This document shows, one piece after another, positions 18,001 to 26,040 of a stretch of DNA of 32,000 nucleotides. Below the pieces are notes generated by a model, which had not been told where the DNA came from, ran no database searches, and saw only the letters and a program-made list of their open reading frames with translations. A program made the translations under genes and the position numbers. The stretch is from an archaeon (GTDB lineage: Archaea > Asgardarchaeota > Thorarchaeia > Thorarchaeales > Thorarchaeaceae), in contig JAJRZD010000033.1 of the NCBI GenBank assembly GCA_024275415.1, positions 50,551 to 82,550 of the forward strand, read 5' to 3'. The stretch's first letter is position 1. Each line of letters opens with the position of its first letter.

Positions 18001-19772
18001 ATGCAATTCGGGATAGCGAAGGATCCGGGTGGCTGAGGCTGCTATTACCGGGGATTCTCCAAGAGGAATATGATGAAGAAGAAATCAATAGTCGTTTTGT
18101 TCAGCTCAGTTATACCATCGTGCAGGCAATCACACGAGTTAGGGTTGTTCCATGGGATGAAGCCCGTTTAAATAGTTTAATTGATATGTGGTGGGATTCA
18201 AACCTCAAGACATTGGAAGATGCACTATCTCTAATCAAGACAATATCGAAGAAACGGAGAGAGAACCAGCTAGCTATTCTGGATTGGAGAGAAACTGAGG
18301 CTCTCAAACGACTAGTAGTGTGGTTAGGGAGTTCGCGGAAATCCACCAAGAAGAAGTTCTTCAGGAAACTCATAGAATCTGAGATTGATATGACGGATTT
18401 CTCAGTAAGAGAACATCTATATCCCATCTATCAGGAAATCGATAACAGAACAGATCTTGATGAACTCCTTGTTGCGCGTTATCCGCTTTACCATTGCAGT
18501 ATATCGATACTCCCCTTGTCAAGAGAGTCGTGGTTAACTCATATCGACAAAGTGGATCGTGAAGAACTCCTAGAAAGTAACTGGTTGATGGAGATATACC
18601 TCGAAGCCGGAAACGTGGCAACCATCGATGGAGCTATTAGCCTTCTCAATGAAATACAGAATCAAAGTGATTATCTAATAGAAACCTTCGACTCATTAGT
18701 AAAATGGGTTCTTCAAAGGCCCACTGATGAGATTGCACCGTTTATACTTCAACTCCTTAAGGAGAATCCTGCAACTACAAGGATGGGTTATTGGCGAAGA
18801 GTAAAGGAGAGTGGCCTGATTAAAGCTCTTGTTCCTGTTTCGAAAAACAGTCCTGAAGTGTATACTCGAATTCTGGAGATTGCAAAGGAAATACCAGGTC
18901 TTCAGATCGATAAACGTTCTGAGCTTCAATTCCTTTTCGAGGCACTAGCACCTGATGATCAAATGAGAGTTGTTCGGGCTCACTTTGAGAGATTTGTGGG
19001 GAAGGAGTCCTTCTTTTTCGGAAAGACCCTAGAAGAGATAATCCTGATTCATGGTAATAAGAACGATGTAGATTCACTCGTTCGCTCATTAAATAAAGAA
19101 CCAAGAAACCTTGGGAACATTTGGTCGAAGAATCCGGAACGGGCAACGGAAATCTCAAAGAGGCTATCCAATCCCTTCTCGTGTCTTCTATATGAAATTG
19201 ATATGATTGGAGGTTGGGCTGAGTACAAGAGGGAATTAGAGAAGAATCCAAAGAAGGTTGAGAAAGATCTACTGCTATTCCTCAAGAATGATTGGATCCA
19301 TAAAGGCTATGAATTCCTTGTCGCAGGAGGAGTCTTGAGAGAGGTTGCATTGAAGCATTGGAAGCGGATATTTCAAAGTGACAAGGCCTCGAGAAACGAG
19401 ATTGAGTTATACCTTGGTGCTCTCTTTGAACCCGATGATGATGAGATTGTTGAGTATGTAGCAAGCGAAGTCGATGAAATCCACAGAAACCTCAAAGAAA
19501 GGGAAAAGGAAATAGCAAAGGCATATCGTACCCCTTGGTATTCTTGGAATATCCCTGTTCTTGATAAAATTCAAAATAGACACGGTTATACTGGTCTTAA
19601 ACGATTGCTTATGAAAGTAAAAGATCAATATTCAATTGAAGGTGTAATGACATATCTGGTGAAATCGGCGAAAAAAGAAGGAATTCCAAAATCTGAGATT
19701 GTATCACTGGACGAATACCTCAAGCTAAGCAGGGCGATCAGATGGCATTTGATGAAGGAATACGAAGACTAA
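15060..19772 (+). CDS. Large STAND NTPase of the NACHT class (NLR/Avs-like architecture)
   Basis: Walker A VLLTGSAGSGKS (about 15963), Walker B FVFLLDGWDEL (about 16300), sensor CIISSR and a GxP-equivalent PSPLDLEIL. An ~290-aa N-terminal region and an ~1000-aa helical C-terminal region flank the NTPase. The GTG start lies 3 nt after the radical SAM stop, with GGAGGGTGA upstream. Confidence 0.88.
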   Translation: MKRKKRKEFDKEDILQLLRDLNIDRVIEDAHLLLDLNRDGKWSIRLLLLSYLLKENELQTIREFVDFGFSKIADDSLFQRFNFKKIRSTLAMPEKWFTDEGGSEYIPGSGNARSILSKRTDLFTKIGSRYVLNEKNGSRDLALVLFIFLLKARGIDLEKIPDADEVESGSVSEGTYRQLFLIDSTGKPTSLSHKVQDIVEDCPVLIQAEEFDKDTKNILPHIQRTILDLLQRHHSAFTNPPHKRKLAIICKPIYSLPARSKNEEFTINSLLTPSTSEKEHSMNGVDGESIEDSDTNPVLLTGSAGSGKSFWMIKLALDLWNHSFKSGSPNRSDRVIPLFIGLGSVFLDKTKHGESLVYGEEKATLWHIDEPPDEIPRRSLIDRFLGAMLKKSPQYIRKILDRVDWHEVKFVFLLDGWDELGRRERKEMIRLIKSSPINQLPCIISSRNKDSDFDSIEIEHIRLEKPTIDNCKDYLRSRGMEEEVLDKVKEWFPDPSPLDLEILGRVPKMEEISSGRVPVYRTWIELQILSSIRSDILQDLRSRSQIDTFIEGEFFRDKSLKDWIRSRNNSHSVWRCLPYIAYLQKDGLNTSLSYDQVVQDNPLLKEFLEKRYGSGDSPHPEISRNNLVPYLSAEYVFRSYLSGKYPPIRGDLQTFRFLVEILSYDLERRHDRELIPRSAELTPLQTAAMICLQGESEAYTNGARIRPFIAEGKSGSTPFYTALFDGFVKYWSQTSTCCVRRNILDAFTKLIRTFIVEEKEGNPAQFIVPLLEIEQAFDSNTFSKLITEEPDTSVDLEICDSSGYTLYYLDYEKVQDWLLQLSVKKPWLTPWTVRVVKQENRLKIRDIIDEAPDEWMIYEVLNYVTSGFTSIDSEWFESIHRNALRLESDLLWNSIAIGLQMSRGEIDDYRFSKILEVLGSPCVEERWKFGLIVNLGKVRLPERYTREVWRSTEQGKIGLKYGIALCLSQELPDIAIDDILDAIRDSEGSGWLRLLLPGILQEEYDEEEINSRFVQLSYTIVQAITRVRVVPWDEARLNSLIDMWWDSNLKTLEDALSLIKTISKKRRENQLAILDWRETEALKRLVVWLGSSRKSTKKKFFRKLIESEIDMTDFSVREHLYPIYQEIDNRTDLDELLVARYPLYHCSISILPLSRESWLTHIDKVDREELLESNWLMEIYLEAGNVATIDGAISLLNEIQNQSDYLIETFDSLVKWVLQRPTDEIAPFILQLLKENPATTRMGYWRRVKESGLIKALVPVSKNSPEVYTRILEIAKEIPGLQIDKRSELQFLFEALAPDDQMRVVRAHFERFVGKESFFFGKTLEEIILIHGNKNDVDSLVRSLNKEPRNLGNIWSKNPERATEISKRLSNPFSCLLYEIDMIGGWAEYKRELEKNPKKVEKDLLLFLKNDWIHKGYEFLVAGGVLREVALKHWKRIFQSDKASRNEIELYLGALFEPDDDEIVEYVASEVDEIHRNLKEREKEIAKAYRTPWYSWNIPVLDKIQNRHGYTGLKRLLMKVKDQYSIEGVMTYLVKSAKKEGIPKSEIVSLDEYLKLSRAIRWHLMKEYED

Positions 19773-19908
19773 TCTGCCTTTGATGAGTCCTTGTTGAATA
19801 ACTGAACCCGGAATTTGCAGATGGTCGATAGATTGAAGAAACGGTATGCTTTGTACAAATCACAATGTTACCGAACCAAGGGGGATAATAGCCACTTCAC
19901 AAATGGAT

Positions 19909-20012
19909 ATAATCATCTGGGTTGCCAGCATTATTCTGAGAACCTGTCTGACACGTTTCATCTCTCTATCGTCTGCTTCTGCAACTTGCTCCACCGCTCT
20001 GGGCTGATCAAG
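19909..20012. repeat. Direct repeat copy A: detached 3' end of the mazF-like gene (partner at 24367-24470)
   Basis: 96 of 104 positions are identical to 24367-24470, with a perfect 57-bp core (19920-19976 = 24378-24434). The minus strand reads LDQPRAVEQVAEADDREMKRVRQVLRIMLAT. Confidence 0.95.
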
Positions 20013-20110
20013 TACCATTAAGCCTACTTTTATCCCTCAAAAAGGCTAATATGTTCCGTAGCTAAGAATATAATGACCTAATAAGGAATCATACTGTTTA
20101 TGTAGAGGGA

Positions 20111-21591
20111 TTGATTACCATGGCTAGTATCTGGATGCTCTCAAAGGATGCAATGAGAGGAATGGACATAGTTGGTGCAATCTCTGAATTTCTTGACGAG
20201 TACCAAACAAAAGGACGTCCTACTTCCGAGTCCAGTGACCGCGTGCTATATGTTATAGAAAGACTCATCTTAGGTGCCAGAAGTTTCTTAGATTCTAATG
20301 TCAGAATTGACTCATTCTCGATGATGATTGCAGAGGCAGTACATACCGAGATGTCGAAGACACCAAATGAACTCATCTCAATCCTCGAAAGATGTGCAGA
20401 ACATATCCGTTCGCAGAGCGAGCACCTGAACGATTGCTTGGACATCCTACGCATCATCTCTAAGAATGTGATGCGAGTGACATCGAGGAGAGTGGATACA
20501 AGATCACTTGTCCTACATTAGTTGAAAAGCTGATTCATGAAACACGATCCAAGCTGAACAGGTTCAAGAATCAGACCGTTTCGATTCGTGGTATGCCCTA
20601 TTTTGAACCATTCTACAATTTCTCTATTTCCATGGTATCTAAGATATCAAGCTTTATCGATAGAGTGGAAAGAAGTTCGAATCCTTCAGATAGATTGACC
20701 CACATTTGGCTTTCTCAAGCATCACTCGACTGGCTTCTTATCCAGCATGGCTTCTTCAAGATGTCCTATCATGACTCCACAACAAACAAGTGGTGTGCAC
20801 TTCAAGGACTGGTCAAAACAGGTTCTGAGCTGTTTGAAATTGGCGCGCCAGTCCTTGGTACATTCTATAACACATATGGCTCCACTGGTACGTTCATTCT
20901 GAATAGGAGGATAGGCCAGCTATCTGGCGATGATTACTTTATGGTTATAACGGACGAACTGGATCCACCAATCTTTTGGCCGCTTGTGATTCATGAATTG
21001 GCTCATTGTTGGCTGAGTTCTCAGACAATTGTCGAGGAAATCAGCTCAAAAGTCCATTATAACAATGAGTCAAGTATTATAGAACGACGCGTCGAAGAAG
21101 CACTATGTGATGCAATTGCAACATCATTCATGGGACCTTCTTATGTTTACTCCTACATCAACCGTTTGTGGCACAGCTTTATGATGATGGATAGTTTCGA
21201 ATACCCCAAGAACTCTTTTCGTCTTGAGGTCATGATTAGAACTCTAGAACAAGCAAATTATGACGAAGTGGAGGATCTTAAAATCATAATTGAGGAAACC
21301 AGCACTGTAGACTGGGAGGATGAAGCAATTGTGGATTCTCTAGCACCAATTGAAGAGTTTGCAAAGCAATTGCCCTTCATTACTAAACCCAACTCTCTTG
21401 TAACAGATATAGAGAGTGTCAACGAGTTTGTGAATGCTCCACCAGCAAACCTACAGAAGCTCTTTCATGTGGGGTGGATGTTATTGAATACGTCAGACAT
21501 GAAAACATATTCTGATGAATTCAATAGCATTAACTCCACAATTCAGGAATCATTAGAACGGAACTATGCCACGTTCAATACCCAAACTTAG
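20111..21591 (+). pseudogene. HExxH (zincin-like) protein of about 490 aa split by a one-base frameshift near 20462; track ORFs 20111..20521 and 20593..21591 are one gene
   Basis: The frame of 20593 is open back to 20464 (ECDASDIEESGYKITCPTLVEKLIHETRSKLNRFKNQTVSIRGMPYF), and adding one A at 20462-3 joins both ORFs. Motifs WPLVIHELAHCWL and VEEALCDAIATSFMGPSY, plus YP.NSFRL. Confidence 0.7.
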
Positions 21592-23853
21592 CTCTCTGGC
21601 AATTCTATGAGCCATTCTAAGTGGTGCTGGGGTCGAATAACTTTTCCCCGGAGATCCCCAGTTGAGATACGATAATTTGAATACATCTTCAAACGCTTTG
21701 AATTGATTAACTGAACCAGTAATATGAATAAAACCAATAGTGATGGGCCTGGGAGTGCCATGTTCATATTCATCTGCACCAGCTGCACATAGAACCATAT
21801 TTGACTCATCTAGGATATAGTAGTTTCCAGAGTCTGGTCTCCAGATATCGGACTGCCTTCCACGATATATCCTGAAGGGAGTAGTTTCCCTAATAGTAAT
21901 AATAGCTGAATGAGCAATACCTGATTTCTTCACAACAAACTCAAAATCACTTCTTTCTTGATCATAGACACTACCATCCCGAAGATAGAGAAGTGATTTT
22001 ATATCAGGGACAAGTGCCTTAGCATCTTCTATGCACCTCGACAGACTATCTCTATCGATACTCTCCCCGACAGCAAGTTTTGTTTGACCAATTTGGTATT
22101 TCCCTATCTTGTCATATACTATCATCATTACCCAGTTCTCTGATTTAGCTCGCCCAACGTCTATTGCAATATAGCAATCATATGTAAGTTGAGAATCTAG
22201 AACCCACGGAATACAGTTCGCGCGGGTAAGCAATGATGCAGCATATCCAGCCAACGGAAAGGTTTTTTTCTGTTTCACAATTTTGTTAATAGTTCGTGTT
22301 GTTATACACTTTGCAGGCACCTTAAGGCGTCCGCAAATATTCGTAATATCATCATGAAGATTCGTGTTACCATCATCAATGATGGCCACAACGATTGCAT
22401 TTCTAGTATCGAAAGTGCGGGACTTCTGAAGTTGTTTTTCCATGTTTCTCATATTTGGTTCCAAGAGAGTTGGTTTCTGAGGAAGTCTGACTTTGAAGTT
22501 CCTGTCTGTGTATTTTACCAGTGAATCATAGAATGACAATGCTAAATCCCTGTTCCCAGAGGAGTACAGGTATGCCCTTTTGATAGGTGTGACTTGATAC
22601 AGCCCTCTCTTTATCTCATCTCTAATCCTCGAAGGTGAAACCGCATTTTGACTAGCCGCGACAAGTTTAGGCAATGGAATCCGATTGGATGAGGGGAATT
22701 CCAGCGGTGATTCAAATTCGATTTGGTACGGACCAAGTTTAAGAGCAGAAAACTCATACTCATCGAACAGATCCATTGTTTTCTCCCAGCGGGTTCGTGC
22801 TGTGTGCTCTGGGTCACGGCTTCCCGGATGAGCATTATCCGAATAATAGGTATGTTCAGCAGTTATCCTAGATGGGACATCCTGAAATCGTACATTCTTG
22901 TGAAGAAATTGGGGTGCAAATGCAAATTCCCCTCTTCGCAACCCCGGCTGATTCATATCCAACCAGTTTCTTGGTTTCCGGTCGCCATACTTTGTAATCA
23001 GGTAATCAGCAATAGATTGTTTCGCATCAGCAGGAATCTTACTAATCGGCCTTTCGTCTATCCCATCTATCCCCACATCCATTGGAGCTAGACTGTAGAA
23101 GAAATGAACACCCCTGAATGACTTTCCCAGTCGTTTCATTTCCCACTTTCTCAGGTTGATTTCCCGTCTGAGTGATTCTAATCCCGAGGCCTTGATATGT
23201 TCAAGATACGGGCGTGAGTCAATATATCTTGTTGCCACATCTAGAGAGAGTATAATTCTTCCGTCATTCAGCACATTATATCGATACCTAGGCCCCCTGA
23301 ACAGTGTAAGAGGCACTTGATAGTCATTTGTAAGATCGATTCCTACTACCGGGAAATACGTGTGTGTTCCTCCATTCCAGAGGACTCTTTTAGTGCTAGA
23401 TTCCTTGGTCTTATTGAGTAGTGCTGTTAGAGATTTGTGACCCGCTATTCCGTGCTCTAGATCAAGCTTTCCCACGTATATAGCTCTTGCAGAACCAACG
23501 GATACTTGCTCTTGGATAGGGTTGCGATTCAATAAACCAACAGCAAGGTTCTTTCCTCGTGCTGAATAGAATACAAATGGGGTTTTGTTATCCCATTGCA
23601 ATTTGCTTATGGTCTTCCCAACAAGACCGTATTTGTTCGCTCCAGAACCTACACCTTCGAGTTCGAAAGCATCGAGTCGTTGTGACACTTCATTGAATGA
23701 CAAGCTGCCTGTGAACACGTTTGAAACAATCGACCAGTTATCGCCAACCACGAATACTCCCTCCTGTTCTACTACGTCCTGCAAATTTTTTATATGTATG
23801 TATTGGATTGAGGATGTCAGCTTAAGGTGGGATGCAAGAAGAACAGCATTCAC
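21553..23853 (-). CDS. ago: Full-length (long) prokaryotic Argonaute with an intact DEDH catalytic tetrad
   Basis: 766 aa. L1 (IILSLDVATRY), PAZ (SIADYLITKYG...NQPGL...FAPQFL), MID (IVVAII...VPAKCI...LLTRANCIPWVL) and PIWI (YIAIDVG, GESID, YLRDG, GTPRPI, KLSYLNW, PAPLRMAHRIA). Confidence 0.95.
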   Translation of the reverse strand: MNAVLLASHLKLTSSIQYIHIKNLQDVVEQEGVFVVGDNWSIVSNVFTGSLSFNEVSQRLDAFELEGVGSGANKYGLVGKTISKLQWDNKTPFVFYSARGKNLAVGLLNRNPIQEQVSVGSARAIYVGKLDLEHGIAGHKSLTALLNKTKESSTKRVLWNGGTHTYFPVVGIDLTNDYQVPLTLFRGPRYRYNVLNDGRIILSLDVATRYIDSRPYLEHIKASGLESLRREINLRKWEMKRLGKSFRGVHFFYSLAPMDVGIDGIDERPISKIPADAKQSIADYLITKYGDRKPRNWLDMNQPGLRRGEFAFAPQFLHKNVRFQDVPSRITAEHTYYSDNAHPGSRDPEHTARTRWEKTMDLFDEYEFSALKLGPYQIEFESPLEFPSSNRIPLPKLVAASQNAVSPSRIRDEIKRGLYQVTPIKRAYLYSSGNRDLALSFYDSLVKYTDRNFKVRLPQKPTLLEPNMRNMEKQLQKSRTFDTRNAIVVAIIDDGNTNLHDDITNICGRLKVPAKCITTRTINKIVKQKKTFPLAGYAASLLTRANCIPWVLDSQLTYDCYIAIDVGRAKSENWVMMIVYDKIGKYQIGQTKLAVGESIDRDSLSRCIEDAKALVPDIKSLLYLRDGSVYDQERSDFEFVVKKSGIAHSAIITIRETTPFRIYRGRQSDIWRPDSGNYYILDESNMVLCAAGADEYEHGTPRPITIGFIHITGSVNQFKAFEDVFKLSYLNWGSPGKSYSTPAPLRMAHRIARELSLGIERGIVPF

Positions 23854-24366
23854 TGCGATCGGGGAATCATGTTAGACTGAATGAAAGAAGCCCTGAGAGT
23901 TCTCTTGTACTCAATTCGGTTCTAGACCAAATCTTGCTTGGTGGCAGCCATCTTCCGTCCCGTTTAACAAACGCTTCTAATACTTCCCCTTTTGGAATGC
24001 CCTAGAACTTCATATTTACAGAATCCTGAGGTTTGGATCAGGGGTTGTGGTTATTCAAGCATTAGGTGAGTGGGACAAGTACCAGCACCAAAACCATTGC
24101 AATCATTGCATCCATCACTGTCAGACGCTCCACTTGTTGATAACCAGCCAATGTTATAGATTATCAGATTTCCTATTCACATGTTGAATCCTGCAATTTC
24201 TTCCATGTCATTCAAATTATTCCACAGAGCCGAAGTTGTGCAATTTATAGCATCACAGTCGGTTATGATGGTATCAAGTAACTCATTGAAACACGAGAAT
24301 AATGGGATGCTGGCATTCGTGGCAGATATGCACCTGATACAGATTCTCATTAACCCTACAAATGGG

Positions 24367-24470
24367 ATAATCATCTAGGTTGCCAGCATTATTCTGAGAA
24401 CCTGTCTGACACGTTTCATCTCTCTATCGTCTGCCTCTGCAACTTGCTCTACTGCTCGGGACTGGTCGAG
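24367..24470. repeat. Direct repeat copy B: 3' end of the intact mazF-like gene (partner at 19909-20012)
   Basis: See copy A. This copy carries the TAG stop where copy A has CAG. Confidence 0.95.
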
Positions 24471-24728
24471 CGCTCTTATCTGGTGACAGAGGATGAACGA
24501 GTCGTTCTTCAGTTTCCCTTTCTTTTTTACAGGTATCTCAGTCCAGAAATTCTTCTGTGATGAGGTGAGTGGCACTATAACAACGATTCCTGATGGCCCC
24601 TTTACACCGGCCCGTGTGGATGGATTTGCAACCACTAGACAGGGTCTAACTTTGTTGGTTTCACGACCCCTTGTTGGATCAAGGTCAAAGTAGGCAATAT
24701 CGCCTTGCTGGAGATGAGATGAACTCAT
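24375..24728 (-). CDS. mazF: PemK/MazF-family mRNA interferase toxin
   Basis: QGDIAYFDLDPTRGRETNKVRPCLVV, IVVIVPLTS and SFILCHQIRALD; the catalytic RP and PLTS motifs are retained. Confidence 0.93.
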   Translation of the reverse strand: MSSSHLQQGDIAYFDLDPTRGRETNKVRPCLVVANPSTRAGVKGPSGIVVIVPLTSSQKNFWTEIPVKKKGKLKNDSFILCHQIRALDQSRAVEQVAEADDREMKRVRQVLRIMLAT

Positions 24729-24738
24729 TGACCCGAGA

Positions 24739-25539
24739 TCACTCCAGCTTTTTCAAATAGTCATCTAGCCCCATCTCTGCTAAAGCGCTGTCCTCCTCAT
24801 GAACTGGCACGGCAATGCTGAGTGGTTCACTGACATCGAGTTCAGTGTCTAGCGATTCATCGACCTGAATCAGGATGTCCAAAGTCCAATCACGCAACAG
24901 CTGTTCCATCTGCGCGATCTGGGCCGCGTTTATCTCATCCTCATAGCGAACAAGAAACATAGTCAGCATGACCAACGTTATGAATGATCCCATGTTGCAT
25001 GTAAAGACGATAGACTGGATCATCTTGTGCAATGTTGGGTCAGTTTCAACAAGTATCTCAGACGGGTATTGCAATTCAGAATCATGTGCATATGAAGCCA
25101 TTATCTTGCTTCCCATGGCATGCGTGATGAGATCTGGATCGATTGTGATATCTGACATAACAATGTTGTTGAGCTTGCTCTCCATAAGACGAAAGAATGC
25201 CATCATCGTGTTCATCGTCAGACCGAAATTGGATGCCAGAACAGGACCGTATTTCTGCTCTAGCAAGAACTGTATCTTTTGTTCTCGAATGGAACTATAG
25301 TAAGACTCCAGAACATCAAATGTTCCAGATGCCTGTTCAAGGGCAGTATCCAGGTTTCTTAGAACATGCTCTATCCTATGTGACATTAGTTCTACAGTCA
25401 ACTGCTTGATATTTCGCCCAATATTGCCTACGAGCAGATTTTCAGGCATTCTCGGAGATAAGCAGAACTCATCCTTGTTAGCAATCCCGACAGGCATTAT
25501 CGGAAGAATCTGAATCATTGTAGCAACTCCCACAGTCAT
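24739..25539 (-). CDS. Putative antitoxin/partner of MazF (266 aa, unusually large)
   Basis: Lies 10 nt upstream of mazF on the same strand. The acidic C-terminal tail EEDSALAEMGLDDYLKKLE resembles toxin-binding tails of MazF antitoxins; the rest is helical and unrecognised. Confidence 0.55.
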   Translation of the reverse strand: MTVGVATMIQILPIMPVGIANKDEFCLSPRMPENLLVGNIGRNIKQLTVELMSHRIEHVLRNLDTALEQASGTFDVLESYYSSIREQKIQFLLEQKYGPVLASNFGLTMNTMMAFFRLMESKLNNIVMSDITIDPDLITHAMGSKIMASYAHDSELQYPSEILVETDPTLHKMIQSIVFTCNMGSFITLVMLTMFLVRYEDEINAAQIAQMEQLLRDWTLDILIQVDESLDTELDVSEPLSIAVPVHEEDSALAEMGLDDYLKKLE

Positions 25540-25607
25540 AGTAAACGGTCAATTCCTAATATACATACTCCGTCTTGTGCACATTCCCTGGCTGGACGAG
25601 AATCATA

Positions 25608-25802
25608 TCAACAAGTGTAATAATCGGTTTGGCTGTTAGGAAACGGTCGTATCGCATCAGCGTCCTCGAGATACAACTCTAGGGCTTCCTTGAGGTTTGC
25701 AAGAGCTTCTTCTATCGTCTTTCTCTGACTTACCACATCCACCTCAGGAGCAAGAGCCACGTACAAACTTCCTTCCCGAGTTACAACTGCTGTGAACAGC
25801 AT
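25608..25802 (-). CDS. hicB: HicB/UPF0150-family antitoxin-like protein (orphan, short)
   Basis: MLFTAVVTREGSLYVALAPEVDVVSQRKTIEEALANLKEALELYLED matches the HicB N-terminal RNase H-like fold. The conserved SQG is SQR here, and no hicA is adjacent. Confidence 0.8.
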   Translation of the reverse strand: MLFTAVVTREGSLYVALAPEVDVVSQRKTIEEALANLKEALELYLEDADAIRPFPNSQTDYYTC

Positions 25803-25906
25803 CCATATCAGCACCACTGTCACTACAATTCCTATTAACCTTTTTCACTCGAAACTCATTGACAGAGCAACTGCGGAATGCCCTGGCCATTCTCTGGGCA
25901 GGAGCC

Positions 25907-26040
25907 CTGTAGAAAAAATCTACTGGTTCACAATTGTTTGCTGAGAATCGTGAGCCATTCTCCTTCGGGCTGTCTGAAACGTGACAGGACCGAGTTCGGG
26001 TCTTGCTGTTTTCCTCTGCCACGTTCGAATTTTTCTACAG
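25907..26040. mobile_element. 134-bp MITE with 14-bp terminal inverted repeats and a 5-bp target-site duplication (GAGCC)
   Basis: The left end CTGTAGAAAAAATC and the reverse complement of the right end CTGTAGAAAAATTC match at 13/14. GAGCC flanks both sides (25902-25906 and 26041-26045). There is no transposase inside. Confidence 0.85.

Noticed and set aside
19815-20021. 68-aa plus-strand ORF
   Set aside because: It is the antisense of the duplicated mazF 3' fragment and has no coding hallmarks.
13829-20519. Programmed -1 frameshifting in the nuclease and HExxH genes
   Set aside because: No X XXY YYZ slippery heptamer or obvious downstream stimulator is visible at either site; mutation or sequencing indel is more likely.
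23860-24366. Short ORFs between ago and mazF (24177..24374, 24181..24378, and a hydrophobic MDAMIAMVLVLVLVPLT fragment)
   Set aside because: They are mutually overlapping, have no motifs and are interrupted by stops; at most a decayed membrane-protein remnant.
19909-24470. An autonomous integrative element or provirus
   Set aside because: No integrase, transposase, replication or virion gene lies between the repeats, so only a passive cassette can be supported.
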